A DNA stretch of 64,000 bases from Patescibacteria group bacterium (GTDB lineage Bacteria; Patescibacteriota; Minisyncoccia; UBA6257; HR35): contig JAUQQN010000002.1 in NCBI GenBank assembly GCA_030549845.1, positions 53,307 to 117,306 on the forward strand, in the 5' to 3' direction. Made by a program: the position numbers and the translations under genes. Below, piece after piece: positions 1 to 9,745 of this stretch; the first letter of the stretch is position 1, and each line of letters starts with the position of its first letter. The notes beneath the pieces are model-generated. The model saw nothing but the letters and a program-made list of their open reading frames with translations. It had not been told where the DNA came from and made no database searches.

Positions 1-454
1 ATATTAAGTTTACTTTCAATCCTCCAATTTGGTTTACAACAGATTTTATGAGATAACTATCAATTACAATATATTTTTTAATTTTTAAGCCAGTTATTAA
101 AGAAACTTCCCTTAATAGCTCTTCTTTTTTATTTAAGCCCCACAAAGAATTGATTTTATAAAAATCTCCATTAATATTTACAAGTAAATCTCTAGGTATA
201 TGAATTATAAATAAATGATCTTCCTTCAAATAAACAACGAAAATTGCATCTGTATTTTCTGCTCCATAATGGTAACCTCCCATTTTCCCCAAAAACAAAA
301 TAGCCTCTTCTTTGTATAATGACTCTTCTATTTTTTCTTTTAATTCTTTTATAAAAATGATTTTTCTATCTGAAAAAACTAAATCAAAAATCAATAGAGA
401 GATTATTGTTAAAAATATAAAAATTGCTAATATTTTTAAATCCACTTTTGTCAT
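1..454 (-). CDS. LytR-CpsA-Psr (LCP) family protein, N-terminal part; the 3' end lies beyond the window edge
   Basis: Reverse-strand translation from the ATG at 454-452 gives MTKVDLKILAIFIFLTIISLL (TM anchor) then ...LFLGKMGGYHYGAENTDAIFVVYL...IHIPRDLLVNINGDFYKINSLWGL...LITGLKIKKYIVIDSYLIKSVVNQIGGLKV, which is the LCP-domain pattern. It is not in the ORF track because it runs off the window. Confidence 0.5.
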   Translation of the reverse strand, partial: MTKVDLKILAIFIFLTIISLLIFDLVFSDRKIIFIKELKEKIEESLYKEEAILFLGKMGGYHYGAENTDAIFVVYLKEDHLFIIHIPRDLLVNINGDFYKINSLWGLNKKEELLREVSLITGLKIKKYIVIDSYLIKSVVNQIGGLKVNLI

Positions 455-464
455 TTGGTTTCAT

Positions 465-2951
465 TCAAAATGGCTTGAAGGAAAAATTTCCTTCAAAGTC
501 TACTAATATTTTATTTCTATTTTGGATTTCTTCTTTTAAAAGCATGTCTGAAAGCGGACCCATAATCTCTCTTTCTATTGTTCTTTTTACTTCTCTTGCT
601 CCATATATAGGGCTAAATCCTAATTCTATAATCCTTTCTTTTGCCTTTTCTGTAAGCTCTATAGTAATGCCAAATTTTTGAAGCAATAATCCATTTAAAT
701 CTCTTATCATCATATCTATAATTTTAGAAACATCTTCCTTATTTAATGTCCTAAATATAACAATTTGTGAAAATCTATTTAAAAGCTCTATCCTAAAAAC
801 TTCCGTAAGTTTATCTCTTAAAATAGGAGCAATTGCTTCGATACTTTTACCTTTTTCTATTTCTTCTTTTATAAAATCAGATAAGGCATTAGAGGTGCAT
901 ATTATTATTGTATTTGAAAAATCAACTAGTCTTCCAAAGCCATCTTTTATATATCCCTCATCAAAAATTGGCAAAAATATGTTTAAAACCTCAAAATGGG
1001 CCTTTTCAAATTCATCCAATAATATTAAAGAATAAGGCTTTCTTAAAACTTCTTCTGTTAATAATCCAGCAATTTTTTTCTCTTCATTTCCGATTAATTT
1101 TTCTACATCTTCTGGTTTTTGAAATTCTACCATATCTAATCTTATAATCTGATCCTCCCCTCCAAAATAAATTTTCGCTAACGTTTTTGCAAGTTCAGTT
1201 TTCCCTACTCCTGTAGGCCCAATAAATAAAAATACTGCTATAGGACCCTTTTTTTCTATCCCCGCTCTATACATTCTCAATGTTCTCGCTACTTCCTTTA
1301 CTGCAAATTCTTGATTCACTAGTCTCTGATGGATTATTTCTTCTAAATTCTGTAAAATATATTTCTCTGTTTCAACTGGTGCTTTTACGGGAATTCCCGT
1401 AATTTTTGTGAATACATCACCAATCATTTCTGGCAAAATTGTTTTTTCATTTATCGATTTAGCAAAGCCTATTGCTTCTACCAAAAGATCCCGAGCAGAT
1501 CCTGGTAATGGTTTATGAATTAAAAATTTTTTAGCTAAAATCACAGCCTTTGATATAGCTTGTGGAGATATTATAACTTTATATTCATTTTCCCAAATAA
1601 CAGCTTCTAAGGTTAAAAGTGTTATTGCTTCTTCGATAGAAAGTTCTTCAACCTCTATAATTTCAAATATATTACCAAAATTATAAATTCCTTCTAATTT
1701 AGAAAAGCCTTCTTTTGTAATTGTAGCTATTAAATTTAAATTCGATACTTTCATATATTTGACAATAAGTGGCCAACAAGCAGAAAGTTCTGGTATAAAA
1801 AATATATTATGAATTTCAGGTATATATAGAATAACATTTCTTGCAATAATTGCTTCGTTTAAAATAGATTGAAAATTAGTTAAAAATTCTTGAGGCTCAA
1901 GAGCAAATATATCTTGTATGTTTATCTGGATCAATCTATAATCATAAAATTTTTCTGGAACCTGATCTTTTGTAATTAAATATGCTAAATGCCATATGAT
2001 TGCATTTCTTCCTACCCCCTCTTTTCCAACAAAAAGAAAGTTTATATTATTTACTGCTTCTAATAAGGAGATTACCCTTTCAACTTCTTTTTTGTGACCT
2101 ACCAAAAAACCTAATTCGCCAATTTCTGCTAAATAAGTTAAATCTATGCCTAATTTATCTAATATTGGTGTTGGGGATGAAGTCCAAGTTCTATTAAGCC
2201 ATCTTCTTCTGAATATTGGTTTTAAAAATAAAGAATGTGGTTGTAATTTTCTTCTTTTTATAAACAATTTTTTGTAATATTCTAAAACTAAAGCAGGTCT
2301 TAAGACTTCTGGAATTAATTTATATTTATTTAAAATCTCTAAGACAATAGGATTACCTTTTTCTGATAATGCTAAAAATACTGAACTAAATGTTATTTTT
2401 TCTAAATTAAATTCTTTTGCAATTTCATAAGCCCTTATAAAAATTGTTTCTAGGTTGTTTTGAATAATTTTTAAAGGTTTTAGCTCTAAATCTAATTTTT
2501 GTAAAGTATCAGGTTCTGAAAGGTTTTTTCGTATTTCTTCTTTTAAATTTTTCAAATCAATATTTAACCTAACTAATATATCTTTTATTTCTGGAATATC
2601 TAACAGTTTTAAAAGAAGTACTAATTGAGTTTTACTATATAGCCTTAGAATTTCGATATTTTTTACAATATCAAAAATGAAAATTTTAAAAGATTTATCC
2701 ATAAAATCTGCTACATTTTCTGATTTTTCATATTTAATGTTTTTAGGAGATTTGTTCTTGAAAAATAAAAAATTAGATAAATAAATTAGAATAAACCAAA
2801 AGCCTATTAATTTAAAAACAGGAATTTTTACAGTTATAAAAGATAAACCTAAAACAAAAAGAAAAATTTTAAAACCTATATAAAGAAATTTATAAAAAAA
2901 TTTAAAAGGAAGTGGAATTTTTACCAACTCTAACTCAAAATATTTTACCAT
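465..2951 (-). CDS. ClpC/ClpB-like AAA+ chaperone ATPase with an N-terminal membrane anchor and a degenerate first ATPase domain
   Basis: D2 has an intact Walker A (GPTGVGKTELAKTLA) and Walker B (LILLDEFEKAH). D1 has GKEGVGRNAI instead of GEPGVGKTAI and PEIH instead of DE(L/V)H. A Clp-N-like repeat region is present. The first ~80 aa are strongly hydrophobic (two predicted TM helices). Confidence 0.8.
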   Translation of the reverse strand: MVKYFELELVKIPLPFKFFYKFLYIGFKIFLFVLGLSFITVKIPVFKLIGFWFILIYLSNFLFFKNKSPKNIKYEKSENVADFMDKSFKIFIFDIVKNIEILRLYSKTQLVLLLKLLDIPEIKDILVRLNIDLKNLKEEIRKNLSEPDTLQKLDLELKPLKIIQNNLETIFIRAYEIAKEFNLEKITFSSVFLALSEKGNPIVLEILNKYKLIPEVLRPALVLEYYKKLFIKRRKLQPHSLFLKPIFRRRWLNRTWTSSPTPILDKLGIDLTYLAEIGELGFLVGHKKEVERVISLLEAVNNINFLFVGKEGVGRNAIIWHLAYLITKDQVPEKFYDYRLIQINIQDIFALEPQEFLTNFQSILNEAIIARNVILYIPEIHNIFFIPELSACWPLIVKYMKVSNLNLIATITKEGFSKLEGIYNFGNIFEIIEVEELSIEEAITLLTLEAVIWENEYKVIISPQAISKAVILAKKFLIHKPLPGSARDLLVEAIGFAKSINEKTILPEMIGDVFTKITGIPVKAPVETEKYILQNLEEIIHQRLVNQEFAVKEVARTLRMYRAGIEKKGPIAVFLFIGPTGVGKTELAKTLAKIYFGGEDQIIRLDMVEFQKPEDVEKLIGNEEKKIAGLLTEEVLRKPYSLILLDEFEKAHFEVLNIFLPIFDEGYIKDGFGRLVDFSNTIIICTSNALSDFIKEEIEKGKSIEAIAPILRDKLTEVFRIELLNRFSQIVIFRTLNKEDVSKIIDMMIRDLNGLLLQKFGITIELTEKAKERIIELGFSPIYGAREVKRTIEREIMGPLSDMLLKEEIQNRNKILVDFEGNFSFKPF

Positions 2952-3288
2952 TGTAAATCAAATAACTTATAATAAATGGTGCTGAGATCCAAAAAAGTAA
3001 AATTAAAACTAATGTAAACGTATTAATAAGATGCAAAAAGACAGAAATGAATATTAAGATGATTCTTAAAGGTATTGCATAAAAATAAGTTTCAATTCCT
3101 TTAATTCCATAAAGGGGCGCAAAAAAATACTTTATGTTAAGCCTTATGCTAAATTTTTTTTCTATAATTAAAAAATTTTTTGTATATTCATTAAAGATAT
3201 ATCTTAAAAAATCATAAAACCAAAATTTAAAAAAAATATAAAAATCTTGAAGAATTTCATTGATTAAATTTTTGATTAAAATTTGCAT
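2935..3288 (-). CDS. Hypothetical small membrane protein
   Basis: 117-aa ORF with a hydrophobic C-terminal half; no recognisable motif. Overlaps the start of the Clp-like gene by 17 nt. Confidence 0.3.
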   Translation of the reverse strand: MQILIKNLINEILQDFYIFFKFWFYDFLRYIFNEYTKNFLIIEKKFSIRLNIKYFFAPLYGIKGIETYFYAIPLRIILIFISVFLHLINTFTLVLILLFWISAPFIISYLIYNGKIF

Positions 3289-4554
3289 TTAAAATAAGGT
3301 TTTTAATTCTTTCTTTTCTAACTTTTCTTTCTTTTCTAATAATATTTTAACAACTCCATATTCTCCATCATAGCCAGGTTCAATATAAATTTCATTTTTG
3401 AAAAACTTATCTATACCATAAAAAACTTCATCAGGTACAATTTTCTTTATTTTTTCATAATCATTAGGACTCAAAAAGAAGTTAAATTCATTTCCATAAA
3501 TTTCTAAAATTTTAAAATAAACATCTAAAACCTTTTTTGATGTAGGATCAGAGTTTAAGGCTTCAGCTATTATTTCTGTAAGTGGAATAATATTTTTAAA
3601 AGGAGGCCTATTTGGAGGCATAAAGTTTTCTTCCCTGTCTGCTAGTTTTTCAACTCTACTTAAAACACCTATTGTTACAGGTTTTAAGCAAACAGGACAT
3701 ATATAATTGTTCTTTTTTGACTCTTTTGGAGAAAATCTTACTTTGCAATTTCTATGACCATCGTAATGATATTTACCTTCTTCAGGAAAAAACTCAATAG
3801 TCATTAAAATTTTATTTTTTTCATCAGGATCTTTTAAAGCTTTTAACAAACTAAAAAAAGAAGGTTCTTCTAACTCAAAAATTGTAGCTTCTCTTCCTAT
3901 TCTGTGTGAATATGGAGAATGTGAATCTGAAAAAGAAACAATTTGAAAATCATCTAGCTGAGAAAGTCTCCAATTCATTTTAGGATCACTTGAAAGACCG
4001 GTTTCTACTCCGTAGATATATTTTTTATATTCTCCAAATGCTTCATCAATTGAATCAAATCCTGACATTGAGCCAAACAAACTAAACCATGGAGTCCAAA
4101 TATGAGCAGGAATTATTATAGAATTTTCGTTAATATCTAGGGCTATTTTTATAACTTCTATGATATCTAATCCCAAAGTCGGCCTTCCATCCGAAGAAAG
4201 GTTTGTAAAAATCGAAATTTTTTTATTGAATTTTTCAACATCGCTTAAATATGGGAACATAACTAAATAATGGATTCTTCGCACAGCACCATGTTTAGAG
4301 TAAATAGAACTGATTTCACATGAAAGCAAAAAATATATTTCATCCTTTGAATTTTTTAATTTTAAAAATCCTTTTCCATTATCTTCAAGCTTTTCTTTTA
4401 TCTCTTTAAACCATAAAGGATGGGTAAAATCTCCTGTAGCTAAAAGATTTAATCCTTTATATTTTGCCCAATAATGTAAATTTTCTAAATCTAAATTTTT
4501 CGAACATGCTCTAGAATATTTAGAATGTAAATGCAAATCTGCATAAAATTTCAT
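3289..4554 (-). CDS. PHP-domain protein resembling endonuclease Q (TIGR00375-like)
   Basis: N-terminal PHP motif MKFYADLHLHSKYS and LLATGDFTHP. Internal Cys/His cluster CPVCLKPVTIGVLSRV...HYDGHRNCKV. The 421-aa length matches EndoQ-type proteins. Confidence 0.5.
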   Translation of the reverse strand: MKFYADLHLHSKYSRACSKNLDLENLHYWAKYKGLNLLATGDFTHPLWFKEIKEKLEDNGKGFLKLKNSKDEIYFLLSCEISSIYSKHGAVRRIHYLVMFPYLSDVEKFNKKISIFTNLSSDGRPTLGLDIIEVIKIALDINENSIIIPAHIWTPWFSLFGSMSGFDSIDEAFGEYKKYIYGVETGLSSDPKMNWRLSQLDDFQIVSFSDSHSPYSHRIGREATIFELEEPSFFSLLKALKDPDEKNKILMTIEFFPEEGKYHYDGHRNCKVRFSPKESKKNNYICPVCLKPVTIGVLSRVEKLADREENFMPPNRPPFKNIIPLTEIIAEALNSDPTSKKVLDVYFKILEIYGNEFNFFLSPNDYEKIKKIVPDEVFYGIDKFFKNEIYIEPGYDGEYGVVKILLEKKEKLEKKELKTLF

Positions 4555-4623
4555 TAAAAATAATTATAAGAGAAATTTATCTACATTTTAGCATAGTTGT
4601 TCCGAGGATTAAAACCTCTTAAT

Positions 4624-6096
4624 TTACTTTATATAATAAAGTCTAATAGAACATTTGCCACCTACATAAGCTTTTCTTGCTATTGCTGCATAATCAATAT
4701 AAAACTTATCTGAGCCTTCTAAGATAAATCTCATACCATCAAAATTCTTATAAATAACAAAATCATAACCCCAACCTCCTGCCCAATCTTCTCGGCCATA
4801 ATAATGTAGTGAATTAATCCCCCTCTTAAGATTTTTGAACTCTATGACATTGGATTCGAAACTTGAAGGAGGTTGAAGGTTACCTAATCTTTCTCTTGAA
4901 ACAATATATCCTGTCCAAAATCTTCCATATACTTTTCTATTCCAATTTCCCAGATTCTCGCTGGTTATGGTATCCCTTACAAAATAAGGAAATATTTGGT
5001 TAGCATATATAATGGAACCAGTCAAATTATCATCACCACTTTTACTAACTAAACCAACGCCTATAGCTAACTTATTAGGTATTAAAAATGCACATATACC
5101 CACTGTGCCATCTTCATATTTAACTTGTACTCCGATTATACTTTTGCTTATTAATGATTGGAATTCAGAAATACTTTCATATCCTACAGCTTCGTATCTT
5201 TCTTGCCATACCATATTTTTTGTAAAATCTTGAACAAAGTAATTGCTTAAACCCTTTTCAATAACTTTACCCTTAAGGCATACATAATCCTGTCTTTGAA
5301 GTTCTGGTATTTCTATATAAGCAATTAATGAGCAATCATCGCCTTGACTTTGAGCTATTTTTATATCCACATATCCTTTTGTCGCAACTTGTTCTGGCGG
5401 TGAGTTTTCAGTAGGAGTTTGAGCAAAAAGAGAAGCCAATATTGAGGTATAGACAGGTTCTGATTTTATTGGTTTAGCTTCTAAAGTATATAAATTACCT
5501 GAGGAAGAAAGCCTTAGATCATATTTCCCTGATGGTATAGGTAATGAAATAGTGGTATTTATTGTTTCAAAACCATTAGCGAACAAATCGTAGAGTTCAT
5601 CGGTTATTGGTGTTTTACCAGGATAATAGAAATATTTTTTGCCACTATTGTAATCATAACCAAAGTCTAATGAAGGCGTTCTTTCAAATATGTTAGTTTG
5701 TTGCCTTGTATAAGCTCTGAAGGATTTATGGCATATACCCCAGGAATTACATCCACCATCTATATCATATGCAACTTGGATATTTGAAGGAGCATTGGAC
5801 CATTGATAAGAATTAGGACAGTTAATATCATTTGAATTTATATCGCATGGCAATCTTGTAACTGTAGTAGCATACTGAAGGGTAGGTTTATTGGTATCTT
5901 CGATAATTTTATAGTGAGAAATATTAATTTTCAAAAACTTAAATCCTTCATTTTCAGTTTTAAATACTGTGTATTTTTGTTGGGTTTGTTGTGCTTTGAT
6001 TTGAGGAAGTGGGATTGTTAATATAAGTAGGGTTAAGAAAGAAAGTAAGATTCCTGTAAAGATTCCTATAAGTATTTGCTTTTTATTGTTTTGCAT
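4624..6096 (-). CDS. Secreted or membrane-anchored Cys-rich hypothetical protein; paralog of 55135-56085
   Basis: N-terminal signal anchor. The segment QQKYTVFKTENEGFKFL right after the anchor is nearly identical in the paralog (QQKYTTFKTENVGFKFL). Internal ATKGYVD motif. No enzymatic motifs. Confidence 0.5.
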   Translation of the reverse strand: MQNNKKQILIGIFTGILLSFLTLLILTIPLPQIKAQQTQQKYTVFKTENEGFKFLKINISHYKIIEDTNKPTLQYATTVTRLPCDINSNDINCPNSYQWSNAPSNIQVAYDIDGGCNSWGICHKSFRAYTRQQTNIFERTPSLDFGYDYNSGKKYFYYPGKTPITDELYDLFANGFETINTTISLPIPSGKYDLRLSSSGNLYTLEAKPIKSEPVYTSILASLFAQTPTENSPPEQVATKGYVDIKIAQSQGDDCSLIAYIEIPELQRQDYVCLKGKVIEKGLSNYFVQDFTKNMVWQERYEAVGYESISEFQSLISKSIIGVQVKYEDGTVGICAFLIPNKLAIGVGLVSKSGDDNLTGSIIYANQIFPYFVRDTITSENLGNWNRKVYGRFWTGYIVSRERLGNLQPPSSFESNVIEFKNLKRGINSLHYYGREDWAGGWGYDFVIYKNFDGMRFILEGSDKFYIDYAAIARKAYVGGKCSIRLYYIK

Positions 6097-6164
6097 GTTT
6101 TTGTTATTGGATTAATTTATTAAATTTTAAAATTGAAATTTTTTATGTCAAATAAAATTGTGGA

Positions 6165-7220
6165 TTATTTAAAAAATTTGGCTGTTATATCTTTAATTGT
6201 AATTAAAATCATCAAAATTATTAAAATACTAAATCCTATAGTGTTTATTATATTTTCTACAACAAAGGGTGTTCTTTTTTTAATTATCAGCTCAAACAAA
6301 TAAACTATAAATCTACCTCCATCTAGAGCAGGGAACGGTAGTATATTTATTATTGCTAGATTTAAAGAAATTATGGCTGCAAAGTGTAAAATATAACTTA
6401 TTCCTAATGTCTTCATTTGTGTATAAATATCATAAAGTCCAAAAGGGCCTATAACTTCTTTTGCTACTTTTGTTTCTTTGACTAACCTTAAAAAGAAATC
6501 TTTTATTGCTACAATTAAATTAACCAATGTTTCATATGTTTTTATAAAACCATAGTAAAAATTTGAAGGAAAAGATTTTTTCTCTAATTTCAACGACGAA
6601 AAGGAAATACCTAACGGACCTATGTTATCTTTAATAAAAGGTATTAATTCTGTCTCAAATTTATATGGCCCTCTTTCTACTCCAACTATTAATTTTTTTC
6701 CTATATAAGGCTTTAATTCTTCTTTTAAGTTATGTAGGTTTTTAATTTGGATAATTTCATTATTATATTTGAAATAAAGAACTTTATCTCCTAATTTCAA
6801 TCCAGCTTTTTCGGCTGGTGAATCAGGGAATACTTGCAAAATAGTTATATTTTCTAACTTGCCAGAGTATTCAGGTAAGCCAACTAAATAGCCAAAAGAA
6901 AATATAAAATAAGCAAAAATTATATTAAATAAAACTCCGCCTAAGACAATTAATATTTTAATGTACGCAGGTTGGGCTAAAAATCCTTTAGGGTCATTTT
7001 CATCAATCTCTCCTCTTAATTTGACAAACCCCCCAAAGGGTATTAAATTTATAGAATACAAAGTTTCATTATATTTAAAAGAGATTATTCTTGGCGGGAA
7101 TCCTAAACCAAATTCTTCAACTCCTACTTTGGATATTTTTGCAAGAAAAAAATGGCCTAATTCATGAACTAAAATTAAAATACTCAAGAAAATTAAAAAA
7201 ATTACTATGTTTTCAATCAT
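6165..7220 (-). CDS. rseP: Site-2 protease RseP (M50 zinc metalloprotease with PDZ domain)
   Basis: HELGHF zinc motif in the first TM helix, a PDZ segment (PDSPAEKAGLKLGDKV), and a multi-TM C-terminus. Confidence 0.85.
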   Translation of the reverse strand: MIENIVIFLIFLSILILVHELGHFFLAKISKVGVEEFGLGFPPRIISFKYNETLYSINLIPFGGFVKLRGEIDENDPKGFLAQPAYIKILIVLGGVLFNIIFAYFIFSFGYLVGLPEYSGKLENITILQVFPDSPAEKAGLKLGDKVLYFKYNNEIIQIKNLHNLKEELKPYIGKKLIVGVERGPYKFETELIPFIKDNIGPLGISFSSLKLEKKSFPSNFYYGFIKTYETLVNLIVAIKDFFLRLVKETKVAKEVIGPFGLYDIYTQMKTLGISYILHFAAIISLNLAIINILPFPALDGGRFIVYLFELIIKKRTPFVVENIINTIGFSILIILMILITIKDITAKFFK

Positions 7221-7759
7221 TGTAAAACTTCTTTTTCTTTTTCCTTAAATAATTCATCGACTTTTTTATTAAATTCTTCAATTTCTTTATCTACTTTTTC
7301 TTTTGTTTTATAAAACAAGTCTTCTGATATCTCTTTTTTTTCTTTTTTATTTTTTAATTCTTTTAAGAAATCATCCCTTAATTTTCTTGATCTTATTCTA
7401 AATTCTTCTTTCAGCTGATTTAGGTTTTTTAATAATTCTTTTTTTGTCTCCTCAGTCAAAGGTGGGAAAGTTACTATTAAATAATTTTTCTCTCTTATTA
7501 CACTTCCTCCAAAATTAGTTTTCTTTATATCTCTTTCAATATCAGAAATTATATTTAAATCCCAGGGTTCAACTTTATATTTTAAAAGATCCAACTGGGA
7601 TATGCTTGCCAATGATTTTAATTCATACTTACTATTATATGCTTCAATAAAAACATTTTCCAGCCAATGTAAAGCAAATCTATAACTTCTAATCTGTTTT
7701 AATTTCTCTCTTATCTCACTGATTAATTTTTCCAAATCCTTTTTAAAATCTTCAATCAT
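7217..7759 (-). CDS. frr: Ribosome recycling factor
   Basis: 180 aa with characteristic RRF segments (PPLTEETKKELLK, ISEDL...KVDKEIEEF). Start overlaps the upstream small ORF in an ATGA arrangement. Confidence 0.8.
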   Translation of the reverse strand: MIEDFKKDLEKLISEIREKLKQIRSYRFALHWLENVFIEAYNSKYELKSLASISQLDLLKYKVEPWDLNIISDIERDIKKTNFGGSVIREKNYLIVTFPPLTEETKKELLKNLNQLKEEFRIRSRKLRDDFLKELKNKKEKKEISEDLFYKTKEKVDKEIEEFNKKVDELFKEKEKEVLQ

Positions 7760-7914
7760 CTCAAATGTAGTATTTCAATTATATAAGGAGTTAATTTTGA
7801 ACCTGCTTCTTGAATAAACTTCATTAATGTTTCTTCTGATATCCCAAGCCCTATTAAAAAAACAATTAATCCTATCAAAAATACAGTTTTTAACAGATTG
7901 AAAGCTTTATCCAT
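7756..7914 (-). CDS. Small hydrophobic ORF (52 aa) translationally coupled between holB and frr
   Basis: MDKAFNLLKTVFLIGLIVFLIGLGISEETLMKFIQEAGSKLTPYIIEILHLR. Its start overlaps the holB stop and its TGA stop overlaps the frr ATG. It is below the ORF-track cutoff. Confidence 0.3.
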   Translation of the reverse strand: MDKAFNLLKTVFLIGLIVFLIGLGISEETLMKFIQEAGSKLTPYIIEILHLR

Positions 7915-8698
7915 TTAAATTTAATAATATATTACTTAGCTGCAATGTTTTATTCAAAGAATAATCTGAATCTTGATATAAACCTTCTAAAAATTTAATC
8001 TTATAAATAGATTCTCTGTTGCCCAGCATTAAATTTAATCTTTCTATATGAATAAAGTATACTAAAGCTTCTTTTAAGTCTATTTTATCCTCCAAAGTTA
8101 ATACATTGTAGATTTTTTCGAAATCATCCTTACTTTTGTACATTTTTACAAGTAAATTAAACATTTCTTTATTTTCTATCGTTTTTAAAATTTTACCTAT
8201 TTGGCCTGGGAAAAGTTGTAAAAGGATTTTTATGGTTTCTCTTTTTATTCCTTTTTTAATCAAAAATTCTTCAATTTCAGAATTGGGCACTAATTTAAAA
8301 ATAATTTTTTGCATTCTAGATCTAATTGTAGAAAGAATTTTATAAGGTCTATGAGTTACGAAAAACAATATAGCACTTGTTTTTATTTCTTCAACAATTT
8401 TTAAAAGTGAATTTTGTGCTTCCTTGTTTAATTTATGAGCATCATTTATAACAATTACTCTTTTTTCATCTGCTGATAAACTTAAAAGTTTTTGTAATAA
8501 ATTTGCTGTATGAAGTTTTAAGATATTTTCTTCAGAATCTACAAATATTTTATCCTTTATACCTTCATCTTCTACTATTTTTTTTATAGTATAAAACTTA
8601 CCTACACCTTCTGGTCCAATTATTATAAAAGCTCCTCTTTGATATTCTCTTAAAATTTTTCTAATTATTTCTTGTTCATTTTTATGGCCTATTATCAT
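7907..8698 (-). CDS. holB: DNA polymerase III delta-prime-like clamp-loader subunit
   Basis: AAA+ core with Walker A IIGPEGVGKF and VINDAHKLNKEAQNSLLKIVEE (sensor and box motifs). 263 aa. Confidence 0.6.
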   Translation of the reverse strand: MIIGHKNEQEIIRKILREYQRGAFIIIGPEGVGKFYTIKKIVEDEGIKDKIFVDSEENILKLHTANLLQKLLSLSADEKRVIVINDAHKLNKEAQNSLLKIVEEIKTSAILFFVTHRPYKILSTIRSRMQKIIFKLVPNSEIEEFLIKKGIKRETIKILLQLFPGQIGKILKTIENKEMFNLLVKMYKSKDDFEKIYNVLTLEDKIDLKEALVYFIHIERLNLMLGNRESIYKIKFLEGLYQDSDYSLNKTLQLSNILLNLNG

Positions 8699-9705
8699 TT
8701 ATGCGAAAGAATTATTCTTCGATAAATATCTAATTTTTCTATAATTTTACCTGTTCCTCTTGCTACACAATACAATGGATCATCAGCTACATAAGTCGGT
8801 ACCCCTGTATGTTCATAAATTAGTGCGTCTAAATTTCTCAAAAGAGCACTACCTCCTGATAGAATTATTCCCTTTTCCATTATATCAGCCACCAATTCTG
8901 GAGGTGTATTTGCTAAAACTTTCTTTATGCCAGCAATTATTTCTCTTAAATCTTTCTGCAAAGCTTCTGCAATGTGGTTAGAATGAATTTTAACATTTAC
9001 CGGTAAACCAGAAAGTATATTTATACCCCTGACTTCCATAATATGCTCATTATTGTTATTCTTTACTGGAATAGCTGAACCTACTTGAATTTTTATCAAT
9101 TCTGCTGTTCTTTCACCTACAGCTAGGTTGAATTTTCTTCTTAAATATTCTTTAATAGATTCATCAAATTTATCTCCTGCTATTCTTATTGATTCCCACC
9201 TTACTATCCCTCCCAAAGAAATAACTGCTATTTCTGTTGTTCCTCCACCAATATTTACAATTAAATGACCGGAGGCAGAATTTATAGGAAGATCTGCGCC
9301 TAAGGCTGCAAGAAGCGGCTCTCTTATTGGATAAACCTCTCTCACACCTGCTTCATAGGCTGCATCTATAACTGCTTTTCTTTCTGTAGAAGTTATTCCT
9401 GCTGGTACAGATATAACAAGGATTGGCTTAAAAAACCTTGTTATCTTAACTTTATTTAAAAAATATTTCAAAATTTCCAATGTTGCTTTATAATCTGCTA
9501 TAACACCTTCCCTTAGTGGCCTATAAATTTTTATATCACCAGGTGTTTTTCCTATCATATCCTTTGCTTCTTTACCTACTGCTAAAATTTTATTGGTCAG
9601 TTCATCAACAGCAACAACGGTAGGTTCTGTCAAAACAATTCCTTTCCCTGCTACATAAACAGTTGTGTTTGCTGTACCTAAATCTATGCCTATTTTTGGT
9701 ATCAT
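8695..9705 (-). CDS. mreB: Rod-shape-determining actin homolog MreB
   Basis: MIPKIGIDLGTANTTVYV... with full-length collinearity to the MreB/ASKHA fold and a DGG...GGG phosphate loop. Confidence 0.9.
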   Translation of the reverse strand: MIPKIGIDLGTANTTVYVAGKGIVLTEPTVVAVDELTNKILAVGKEAKDMIGKTPGDIKIYRPLREGVIADYKATLEILKYFLNKVKITRFFKPILVISVPAGITSTERKAVIDAAYEAGVREVYPIREPLLAALGADLPINSASGHLIVNIGGGTTEIAVISLGGIVRWESIRIAGDKFDESIKEYLRRKFNLAVGERTAELIKIQVGSAIPVKNNNNEHIMEVRGINILSGLPVNVKIHSNHIAEALQKDLREIIAGIKKVLANTPPELVADIMEKGIILSGGSALLRNLDALIYEHTGVPTYVADDPLYCVARGTGKIIEKLDIYRRIILSHK

Positions 9706-9745
9706 TTTTCAAGAGAATAAATTTTCATTAAAATTTTATAAAAAA

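Noticed and set aside
312-681. Plus-strand ORFs 312-506 and 424-681
   Set aside because: They are antisense to the LCP-family and Clp-like genes, low-complexity translations, and shorter than the genes they overlap.
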